Below are positions 7,917-15,305 of a stretch of DNA of 32,000 nt, piece by piece. Position 1 is the first letter of the stretch. The number at the start of each line of letters is the position of its first letter. Source of the stretch: Cellvibrio chitinivorans (GTDB lineage Bacteria > Pseudomonadota > Gammaproteobacteria > Pseudomonadales > Cellvibrionaceae); NCBI RefSeq assembly GCF_035117775.1, contig NZ_JAYKKN010000008.1, positions 37,749-69,748 of the forward strand, written 5' to 3'. Below the pieces are notes generated by a model that was not told the origin of the DNA, made no database searches, and saw nothing but the letters and a program-made list of their open reading frames with translations. A program made the translations under genes and the position numbers.

Positions 7917-10319
7917 TCAGCCAAACAGGGATAACTGGTTCTCCACCAATTGCTCCAGCGACTCATCCATAAAATGCAAAATACTGTCGGCCACTGGCGA
8001 TAGCTGCTTATTAATATAGTGCTGATAATCAATCGGGCTCTGCAGCCAATTCATATGCACCTCGTAAGAACCAACAGGCTCGGGGCCATTGGTAGTGATG
8101 AGATAACTAATCCAGTCGCCGCGCCTTAGGGTTTCGCCAGTCAGCTGCACATATTTGCGCGCAGCCTGCACATGGGGCGGCACATTTTTTTGATATTCAT
8201 GTAGATGGCGACGCAACCGCTTGCGATAAATTAATTCCAAGTCCCGCTTACCGGCGAGCACTTCATCATTAGTGGTGCGCACAAAATCCAGATAGTCTTC
8301 GCCATCAAAAATTTTGCGATAGAGCGCGAGCTGAAAATCCTTGGCCAGTTGCGTCCAATCGGTGCGCACATTCTCCAAACCTTTAAACACCATTTCGCGC
8401 TGGCCATTTTGTTCGATCAATCCGGCGTAGCGTTTCTTCGTACCTAATTCAGAGCCGCGCATGGTCGGCATTAAAAAGCGCAGGTAGTGAGTTTCGTACT
8501 GAATCTCCAATGCGCTTTTGATATTAAATTCGTCGCGCAAGCTTGTTTGCCACCAGCTATTTAATTCTTTTGCCAAACGCGCGCCGATTTTATTGCACAG
8601 TGCCGCATCTTTTGGCGGCTTGCCCACGCAATTATTTTCCAGCCAGACAAAGAGCGAATCTGTATCGCCATAAATAACCGCATAACCCTGCTGCTCAATC
8701 CACTCGCGGCTGCGCTGGATAATTTCATGGCCGCGCAGGGTGATGGAACTGCATACACGTGGATCAAAAAAGCGGCATCCAGTTGAACCGAGCACACCGT
8801 AAAACGAATTCATAATGATTTTGATGGCGTGGGAGAGCGGTGCATTTTTATGTTGCTTGGCGCGGTCGCGCGCAGCCGATAACTGCTCAATCACCTGCGG
8901 TAATATATGTCCATCGCGCGCAAAATAAGCATCATTAAAGCCTTCTACGCGCAGGGCTTCATCCATGTGATTATGTTGCGCCAACCAATAGGCGCAGGGG
9001 TCGATTAAAAAAGTGCGGATGATACTCGGGTACAGACTTTTAAAATCAAGCACTAACACATTGTCGTAAATTCCCGGGCGCGAGTTCATTACATAACCGC
9101 CAGGGCTGATCACATCCGATTCCAACTCACCCAAATTCGGTGCGACATAACCACGCCTGTGCAAGCGCGGCAAATACAAATATTCAAACGCAGCAACCGA
9201 GCCGCCGATGCGATCCAACAGCAAACCGGTTAATTGGCTGCGCTCCATCGCAAACGCGAGCAACTCCTGCTGCACAAAAATATTCCACACCAGTTCGCAG
9301 TCGCGCAGATTGTATTCGGCCAGCGCTTGCTTATCGGTTTTGAACAATTGGGTAATATCATCGCCGCGATCTTTCCCTGCAATAAGTTTTCCTTCGCCCA
9401 ATAATTCCTGTGCGATATTTTGTAGCGAATAACTTTCATAGCGATAATTCGCCGCTTTTAATAATTCGATACCATCCAGTGCAACCCGTCCGGGAATTAC
9501 GACAAAACTGCGCCCGCCATCGCCTTCTTCATGGCGCCAGTGAATGGATTGATTAGCGCGCCCCAATTGCAATTCTATTTTTAAGCGCTGGCAGATATTT
9601 TCCAGCACCAGCAAATCAAATTGCACCAGATTCCAACCGATCAAAATATCCGGGTCAATAGACTGCACAAAATCAAAAAAAGCCAGAAGGCACGTTTTTT
9701 CATCGGCGCAATACACTAACCAATCAGACTGATTGCTACCGCCCTCGCCCACCATAAATACTTTTTTATCGGCATCCCCCCAAACACCAATCGAATAAAG
9801 TTGTTTGGCATCCATCGAGGTTTCAATATCGAGCGAAAGCATGCGCAGCTCAGGTCGCCAATGGCTTTGTGTTTCAGCTAAAGGCGCAAGGCGCGGATTT
9901 ATTAACGGCTGGGCGGGATGAGAAATATTGTCTGCAGGAATATCAAATTGCGCGGCAGCAGTAATAAACCGCTCCATTAAATAACGTTCAGGCGGGCGAA
10001 TATCGCTCTCCCAACAATCAATGCCATGTTGCCGGAAAATATCCTGCGCATCGCGTGCACTGCGTTGGCTGTGAAAATAGAGCGCGTTTACGGATTTATT
10101 CAGAAAGGTTTTTAATTCAACTTCGGCCATGCGCCAGCGACGCAAGTGTTTGATAAGCGTTTGAATCTGCGCTGCATCCTCGCGCAGCACAAAAAACACC
10201 ATTTCCTGCTGCGTGATTTGCGTCCAACAACTGCCCTGCTCCGTCGCCCACCATAAATCAAGCACAATCCCCTCGCGGGTATCGCGCCACTGGCGGGTTA
10301 ATAAAAAGGCATTGGTCAT
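7917..10319 (-). CDS. polB: DNA polymerase II (family B)
   Basis: Family-B motifs are present: DFKSLYPSII, KIIMNSFYGVLG, VIYGDTDSLFV. The N-terminus MTNAFLLTRQWRDT aligns with E. coli PolB MAQAGFILTRHWRDT, so I prefer the ATG at 10319 to the track's start at 10382. Confidence 0.95.
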   Translation of the reverse strand: MTNAFLLTRQWRDTREGIVLDLWWATEQGSCWTQITQQEMVFFVLREDAAQIQTLIKHLRRWRMAEVELKTFLNKSVNALYFHSQRSARDAQDIFRQHGIDCWESDIRPPERYLMERFITAAAQFDIPADNISHPAQPLINPRLAPLAETQSHWRPELRMLSLDIETSMDAKQLYSIGVWGDADKKVFMVGEGGSNQSDWLVYCADEKTCLLAFFDFVQSIDPDILIGWNLVQFDLLVLENICQRLKIELQLGRANQSIHWRHEEGDGGRSFVVIPGRVALDGIELLKAANYRYESYSLQNIAQELLGEGKLIAGKDRGDDITQLFKTDKQALAEYNLRDCELVWNIFVQQELLAFAMERSQLTGLLLDRIGGSVAAFEYLYLPRLHRRGYVAPNLGELESDVISPGGYVMNSRPGIYDNVLVLDFKSLYPSIIRTFLIDPCAYWLAQHNHMDEALRVEGFNDAYFARDGHILPQVIEQLSAARDRAKQHKNAPLSHAIKIIMNSFYGVLGSTGCRFFDPRVCSSITLRGHEIIQRSREWIEQQGYAVIYGDTDSLFVWLENNCVGKPPKDAALCNKIGARLAKELNSWWQTSLRDEFNIKSALEIQYETHYLRFLMPTMRGSELGTKKRYAGLIEQNGQREMVFKGLENVRTDWTQLAKDFQLALYRKIFDGEDYLDFVRTTNDEVLAGKRDLELIYRKRLRRHLHEYQKNVPPHVQAARKYVQLTGETLRRGDWISYLITTNGPEPVGSYEVHMNWLQSPIDYQHYINKQLSPVADSILHFMDESLEQLVENQLSLFG

Positions 10320-10452
10320 GGCGAGGCGACAACATCTGGTTAAGTAACCAGTATTATCCCGCGTAAAACACGCTGGATGCAATCACTCTAAAGGCCAGGT
10401 ATATAATCTATACCTCTTAAGAATCTGACTATTAACTTTTGATCACTCACGA

Positions 10453-11676
10453 ATGAACAAGACTCAAACAAACCCCCGCAATCACAATCACACCCCATCG
10501 GATTTTGAACTTAGCGAAAAAGATCAGCGCAATAATATTTGGCGGCTCACACTCGCCCAAGCTTTGGCTGGGGCAAATGCCGTGGTGGTTTATGCAACCG
10601 GCGCGATTGTCGGGAGCATGTTGGCGCCATCGGCAGTCTTGGCCACCTTGCCGATTTCCATTTTTGTTGTGGGTATGGCGCTATGTATTTTGCCTGCGGG
10701 TGTTATCTCTGAACGCTTTGGTCGTCGCACTACATTTTTAGTGGGAACTAGCGCTGGTGTTTTGGTTGGGTTGCTCTCTATGCTCGCCATGATTAACGCA
10801 TCATTTTGGTTATTTTGTTTTGCGATGCTATTTGGCGGCACCTACGCGGCAGTGGTTTTATCGTTTCGTTTTGCCGCGACCGATGGCGTGCCCGCTGCGC
10901 GTAAACCGCAAGCGCTGTCGCTGGTGATGGCTGGCGGTGTCGCCGCTGGCATTGTGGGGCCGCAATTAGTCACTCACACAATGGAGCTGTGGCCAGCGCA
11001 TTTATACGCAGCAACTTTTTTAATTCAAGCATTGGTTGCTGCGATTTCCGCTGTAATTTTATTTGGTGTGCGCCTGCCAAAACCCTCCCGTACAGATGTT
11101 TCTGGCGGGCGCCCGCTCGCCACTATTATCAAACAACCTGCATTTATTGCAGCGGCGGCCTGCGGCGCTATCTCTTACATGCTGATGAATTTTTTAATGA
11201 CCGCCGCACCTCTGGCGATGCATATGCACGGCCACTCCCACGCCAGTGCCAATTTAGGTTTGCAGTGGCATGTGATCGCAATGTACGCCCCAAGCTTTTT
11301 CACCGGAAAACTCATCAGCCGTTTTGGTGCGATAAAAATAGCTGTATCGGGTTTGCTGTTAACCGCCATATCTACCGTCATTGGGCTTGGCGGTGTAGAC
11401 GTAGCCCACTTTTGGTGGATGCTTATTTTATTAGGTGTAGGTTGGAACTTTGGTTTTCTCGGCGCTTCGGCCTGGGTGCTGGAATGCCACACACCAGAAG
11501 AAAAAAATCGCGTGCAATCATTAAATGATTTTATTGTGTTCGGCCTAATGGCCATCGGCTCATTTTCCTCAGGCGCGATTCTTGGTGTATACGGCTGGAG
11601 TGTTGTGCTGTGGGTTTCCTTTGTACCACTGGCGCTAACCGCTGTGGCATTTGGACTATTGCGAGGGAGAAAATAA
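10453..11676 (+). CDS. MFS transporter
   Basis: The 407-aa protein has about 12 hydrophobic segments. An MFS-like loop, SERFGRRTTFLVG, follows the second TM segment. Confidence 0.85.
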   Translation: MNKTQTNPRNHNHTPSDFELSEKDQRNNIWRLTLAQALAGANAVVVYATGAIVGSMLAPSAVLATLPISIFVVGMALCILPAGVISERFGRRTTFLVGTSAGVLVGLLSMLAMINASFWLFCFAMLFGGTYAAVVLSFRFAATDGVPAARKPQALSLVMAGGVAAGIVGPQLVTHTMELWPAHLYAATFLIQALVAAISAVILFGVRLPKPSRTDVSGGRPLATIIKQPAFIAAAACGAISYMLMNFLMTAAPLAMHMHGHSHASANLGLQWHVIAMYAPSFFTGKLISRFGAIKIAVSGLLLTAISTVIGLGGVDVAHFWWMLILLGVGWNFGFLGASAWVLECHTPEEKNRVQSLNDFIVFGLMAIGSFSSGAILGVYGWSVVLWVSFVPLALTAVAFGLLRGRK

Positions 11677-11687
11677 ATCAGAAATGT

Positions 11688-12038
11688 TTAACTGCGCAGA
11701 ATTTTTTCCATCGCCTTGCCTTTAGCAAGCTCATCAATCAGTTTGTCTAAATAACGGATTTTCTGCATAAGCGGGTCGTCAACCTCCTCCACCCGCACAC
11801 CGCAGACAACACCTTTTATCAGTGCAGCATTGGCGTTAAATGTCGGTGCTTGCGCAAAAAACTCTTCAAATGTTTTCTCCTGCACAATCTGCTCTTGCAA
11901 ACCCGCATGATCGTAACCCGTCAACCAACAAATAATTTGATCAACCTCATCCTGAGTGCGATTTTTCCGCTCAGCCTTATTCACATAAAGCGGATAGACT
12001 TTGCTAAAAGCAGTGGTGAAGATTTTGTGATTGGTCAT
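11688..12038 (-). CDS. DUF2200 domain protein
   Basis: The 116-aa protein reads [34 protein letters not shown] ... [37 protein letters not shown]. This matches the DUF2200 family as I recall it. Confidence 0.8.
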   Translation of the reverse strand: MTNHKIFTTAFSKVYPLYVNKAERKNRTQDEVDQIICWLTGYDHAGLQEQIVQEKTFEEFFAQAPTFNANAALIKGVVCGVRVEEVDDPLMQKIRYLDKLIDELAKGKAMEKILRS

Positions 12039-12099
12039 AAATTTTTAAGGTTTTTGAAATGTCAGATATCGGTCAAGGCGAATATTTATAAAAAACAAT

Positions 12100-12275
12100 G
12101 TAGGTTCGATTAGCGCAGCGTAATCGTACGAATGCAATTCCCCGCCCGAATTTCCACACAGTTAACCCCGAACCAGTTTGCAGAAAAATTCCAGCTTTAT
12201 TTGTTCGCTATTATCTATTTAATCTTGTTTATAGAATTTTCATACGTACGATTACGCTGCGCTAATCGTACCTAC
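12100..12275. repeat. REP doublet (REPIN/BIME-like): two 35-nt REP-like units in inverted orientation
   Basis: Unit 12100-12134 is gtaggttcgattagcgcagcgtaatcgtacgaatg. The reverse complement of 12241-12275 is gtaggtacgattagcgcagcgtaatcgtacgtatg, a 33/35 match. Each unit has a GTAG head followed by its own hairpin (cgatta...taatcg). The spacer is about 106 nt. Confidence 0.6.
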
Positions 12276-12278
12276 GGG

Positions 12279-13016
12279 CTACAAATCTATACTCAGGCTT
12301 TCTAGTGAAACAACACGACTCATTAAAACTTTTTGCTCAACAACAGAAATATTACCAAGTGCAGCGTGAATGAAATTTATTATATTTGGAATATCGGCAT
12401 CTGACTTTACAAAAATATAACGTATGTCACCTGGCCCAAATTTAATCGTACAATTTTCTTTAGTTAAAGAGTTCTCAATATCCAAATTGTCTTTATTTTC
12501 AAACTTTGACTTTCTTATATATGGCTTAATTTCCTCATGTTGTGGAACATAGCGCCATTCAGATTCTTGATAAAATTCTTTTTCTACAGGAACCCCATCG
12601 ATAACCATTTTCCCACTAGTTGGTTTTGTGTATGCAAGCAAATACCTCATGGTTGTCTTGCATAACTCGATATCTTCACCCTCTAATTTGTTGGAGTGAT
12701 CATTTAGGCCTCTAAACGAATTTGTTAGATTGTTATTTCCTGCGCTATAGAGAATTGGATTCAAACCATTCAGATGACCCCACTGCCTAGTAAGACCTAA
12801 TCCAAACTCACCGTAAAACCCTATATGCTCAGAAATTCTTGATAGCGGAATGTCACAAAAGCAAACCATTGGGTACGCAATATAGTCGAACTTATCGTAT
12901 CCGAGCCAGCTTATGTCTTCTAAACAATAACGAGGCCAAAAGCCATGTTCCAAGATTAATTTCAGAGTTTCTATGTTCTTGGTAAAATGAAAAAGCGTAT
13001 TTGATTTCGGTCGCAT
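12279..13016 (-). CDS. AbiGi-like (abortive-infection family) protein on a low-GC islet, with no AbiGii partner
   Basis: The N-terminus NTLFHFTKNIETLKLILEHGFWPRYCLED and the strings YPMVCFCDIPLSRISEHIGFYGEFGLGLTRQWGHLNGLNPILY match my recollection of the AbiGi (PF10899) pattern. I prefer the ATG at 13016 (GAGGAAATT-ATG) to the track's 13058, which has no Shine-Dalgarno sequence. Two 60-nt samples I counted were 32-33% G+C. Confidence 0.65.
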   Translation of the reverse strand: MRPKSNTLFHFTKNIETLKLILEHGFWPRYCLEDISWLGYDKFDYIAYPMVCFCDIPLSRISEHIGFYGEFGLGLTRQWGHLNGLNPILYSAGNNNLTNSFRGLNDHSNKLEGEDIELCKTTMRYLLAYTKPTSGKMVIDGVPVEKEFYQESEWRYVPQHEEIKPYIRKSKFENKDNLDIENSLTKENCTIKFGPGDIRYIFVKSDADIPNIINFIHAALGNISVVEQKVLMSRVVSLESLSIDL

Positions 13017-13292
13017 AATTTCCTCAAATGTCCTAACTCCGAAGCAGTTTTTCTGCATCCATATTATTTATTTGTTATGAGCTTTTGTAAGCACGGAATT
13101 TTTTAAGTGTTAACCTTGATATTTCCAATGTTCTCCCTCCAATAGCCCTTCAGCTTGTTGATGTTCGCAAGCTCAGCCTGCAAGGCCCGCCGCAACCTAC
13201 GGGTACATTAGCTACGAAAATTCAATTAAAGACTATGAATGAATTTACCGCCAGCCGGAATTACAGGTTATTACCTTGCGATATTTGAGTGG

Positions 13293-13326
13293 AGCAAAAA
13301 AGAAAAGGCGGCACTGTGGCCGCCTT
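13293..13326 (-). terminator. Rho-independent terminator of the amidohydrolase gene
   Basis: The stem aaggcggc (13305-13312) pairs with gccgcctt (13319-13326). On the minus strand it is followed by TTTTCTTTTTT. Confidence 0.8.
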
Positions 13327-13344
13327 GGTATTGAGGGATGGGTT

Positions 13345-14724
13345 TTACACTAGGTTTATAAGTGTTTTAACTGATTGCTGTACATCGGCGGTGAGTTTTT
13401 CTATGTCGATTGTGTGTACTTGATTGTTGCTGACAACTGGTTTGCCGTTGATAAAACTGTGCTTGATGGTTACGGGTTCGCCGCAGATTAGCGGTGCTTC
13501 CAGTGGGCTGTGCACTCCGGCGAAACGAGGTTGTTGTAAATCGTAAATAACTAAATCGGCGGCGTAGCCGACCGCTAATTTTCCGAGGTTTTGCAAACCT
13601 AAAATTTGTGCGCCGCTATGACTGCCCCAGTTAATTACCATTTCAACATTGGTTGCCGCAGGGCCATGCTGGCTGCGGTGTAATAGCCACGCGAGATTTA
13701 ATTCCTGCAGCATTGATGCTGATTCTGAAGATGCAGAACCATCGACGCCGATACTAATCGGTACGCCCGCTTGTTGCATGGCAATCACAGGGGCTATGCC
13801 GCTGCCCAAACGGCAATTGGATGTGGGGCAATGGGCGATGCCGGTTTTGGTTTGCGCGAGTAGATCGATTGCATGTGCATCGCTTTTTACCAAGTGCGCA
13901 AACCAAACATCGCTGCCGAGCCAATGACAACTCGCGGCATAATCGATTGCACTCATGCCGTATTTGGTTTGCGCTTGTTGCTCATCAAATTCCACTTCCA
14001 ATAAATGCGAGTGCATTTTCAAACCCTGTGCGCGCGCATATTCAGCGAGCGCGATTAAATCATTGCGGCTTGCTGAGTGAATCAAACTGGTGGGCGCAAC
14101 AACCAATTGGCGCATGGGTACAACGCCATATTGGAGTGAATAATTTGTTTGGTGATACTTACTGCGGCTCTGCTCCAAGCGCGCAATGACCTGCTCCACT
14201 GTTTCAGGTTCGATGCCGCTATCGCGCAAGCCGCGATGGGTGCCGCGCTCGGTGGCGCTGCCCCGACACAATACCAAACGAATTCCCAATTCATCTGCCG
14301 CTTGCCAAAGCGCCGCTTCCACTTCGGGCGATGAGGTCGCGTGATATAAATAATGATGATCTGCGCAAGTAGTTGCGCCCGAGCGCAAGAGTTCATACAA
14401 ACCGAGGCGCGCGGCGTGATACATCAGTTCCGGTGTGATTTTTGGCCAAAACTTATAAGGCACAGAGGCAAGCCAATCGCCCAAGCCCTGATTTAATCCG
14501 GCAGGCACACCTTTTAAAATTGATTGCGCTAAATGGTGATGAGTATTCACCAACCCCGGATAAATGCTACAACCACTGGCATCAATCAGCGTTTCATTTT
14601 GCTGCGGGATAAGCTGCTGGCCGAGCTCAGTAATTACACCATTGCTGATGCGAATGTCGCTGGCTGCCGGATGAGATTGGCTAAAAATTGCGCGGGCATT
14701 TTTAATTAAATAATTCATCTTCAC
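13345..14724 (-). CDS. Amidohydrolase-superfamily deaminase (COG0402), 8-oxoguanine deaminase / chlorohydrolase-like
   Basis: The metal-binding string PGLVNTHHHLAQSILKG sits near the N-terminus, followed by HSHLLE, HCPTSNCRLGSG and GVDGSAS. The overall pattern is close to P. aeruginosa 8-oxoguanine deaminase as I recall it (LPGLVNTHHHFYQTLTR). Confidence 0.8.
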   Translation of the reverse strand: MKMNYLIKNARAIFSQSHPAASDIRISNGVITELGQQLIPQQNETLIDASGCSIYPGLVNTHHHLAQSILKGVPAGLNQGLGDWLASVPYKFWPKITPELMYHAARLGLYELLRSGATTCADHHYLYHATSSPEVEAALWQAADELGIRLVLCRGSATERGTHRGLRDSGIEPETVEQVIARLEQSRSKYHQTNYSLQYGVVPMRQLVVAPTSLIHSASRNDLIALAEYARAQGLKMHSHLLEVEFDEQQAQTKYGMSAIDYAASCHWLGSDVWFAHLVKSDAHAIDLLAQTKTGIAHCPTSNCRLGSGIAPVIAMQQAGVPISIGVDGSASSESASMLQELNLAWLLHRSQHGPAATNVEMVINWGSHSGAQILGLQNLGKLAVGYAADLVIYDLQQPRFAGVHSPLEAPLICGEPVTIKHSFINGKPVVSNNQVHTIDIEKLTADVQQSVKTLINLV

Positions 14725-14764
14725 TCCTGAGTTAAAGGGCGGGAATGTTTCCCGCCGATTTCAA

Positions 14765-14801
14765 GAGCAATGTCCCGAGTTAACTCTGACCGCTTCTACT
14801 C
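14765..14801 (-). promoter_or_regulatory. Candidate riboswitch aptamer copy A (NMT1-motif / xanthine-class candidate) in the amidohydrolase leader
   Basis: The minus-strand sequence is GAGTAGAAGCGGTCAGAGTTAACTCGGGACATTGCTC. It shares its 5' and 3' boxes with copies B and C. It is followed by the hairpin GGCGGGAA-ACA-TTCCCGCC, then AGGAG and the ATG. Confidence 0.6.
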
Positions 14802-15088
14802 TTACTACCTTTATTAATAACATTGAATTTTGCTTACGCCAAGACAATAACAGCATGAGAAAAATAAAATACAATTTGGTGCAAAGCAGAATTTTAAGCG
14901 TATTTTTTTGGTGCAAGAGCAATAAAAAATCTGGCTTTAGGGAAGCAGATATAAATAGAAAATTTATTAAAAACTTCTTATCGCATCTATAGTTAGCCTT
15001 AGCTACGCCATCAGTTTCCGCGGCTGGCATAAGGTTTGCTAAAACTTAAACGAACCCGATATTTTTTGATTTTTGAATATCGGGTATT

Positions 15089-15139
15089 GAGTAGAAGCTG
15101 TTAGGTAACTCTCTTTTACGAGAAACCGGGACATTGCTC
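15089..15139 (+). promoter_or_regulatory. Candidate riboswitch aptamer copy B in the leader of the ABC operon
   Basis: The sequence is GAGTAGAAGCTGTTAGGTAACTCTCTTTTACGAGAAACCGGGACATTGCTC. Its first 10 nt and last 12 nt are identical to copy A. The inner helix changes GAG/CTC to GGT/ACC, which is compensatory. Confidence 0.6.
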
Positions 15140-15305
15140 ATTGTTCATACGTCGCAGCCTTGTGGGCTTATAGCAACGTGTGGCGATGAGATAAGCTTCT
15201 CCCCCGCCACTACCCCTCTGCTATAAAACTCCACTTCAAGCTTCGACCTTACAACATTGATTTTGCGCAGGCATTGCTCTGCGCATCTGTGTAATGGAGA
15301 AAGCG

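Noticed and set aside
10320-10382. A 21-codon N-terminal extension of polB in the ORF track (MHPACFTRDNTGYLTRCCRLA)
   Set aside because: The E. coli PolB N-terminus aligns with the internal MTNAFLLTRQWRDT. The extension is Cys/Arg-rich and unlike any PolB.
10989-11555. A 179-aa plus-strand alternate-frame ORF and a 126-aa antisense ORF within the MFS gene
   Set aside because: The MFS frame gives 12 coherent hydrophobic segments. The alternates are Arg/Cys-rich nonsense typical of off-frame translation.
13190-13216. A possible third full REP unit upstream of the AbiGi-like gene
   Set aside because: Only the head (reverse complement cccgtaggtt) matches the 35-nt REP units. The remainder (tacattagctacg / gcggcgggcc) diverges and I could not find the internal hairpin. 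I therefore report it only as a 9-bp direct repeat or head remnant.
14761-15030. An 89-aa minus-strand ORF in the divergent intergenic region
   Set aside because: It is AT-rich and low-complexity (FLINFLFIS..., LLLHQKNTLKILL), with no Shine-Dalgarno sequence. It overlaps aptamer copy A and the promoter region, so it is more parsimoniously non-coding.
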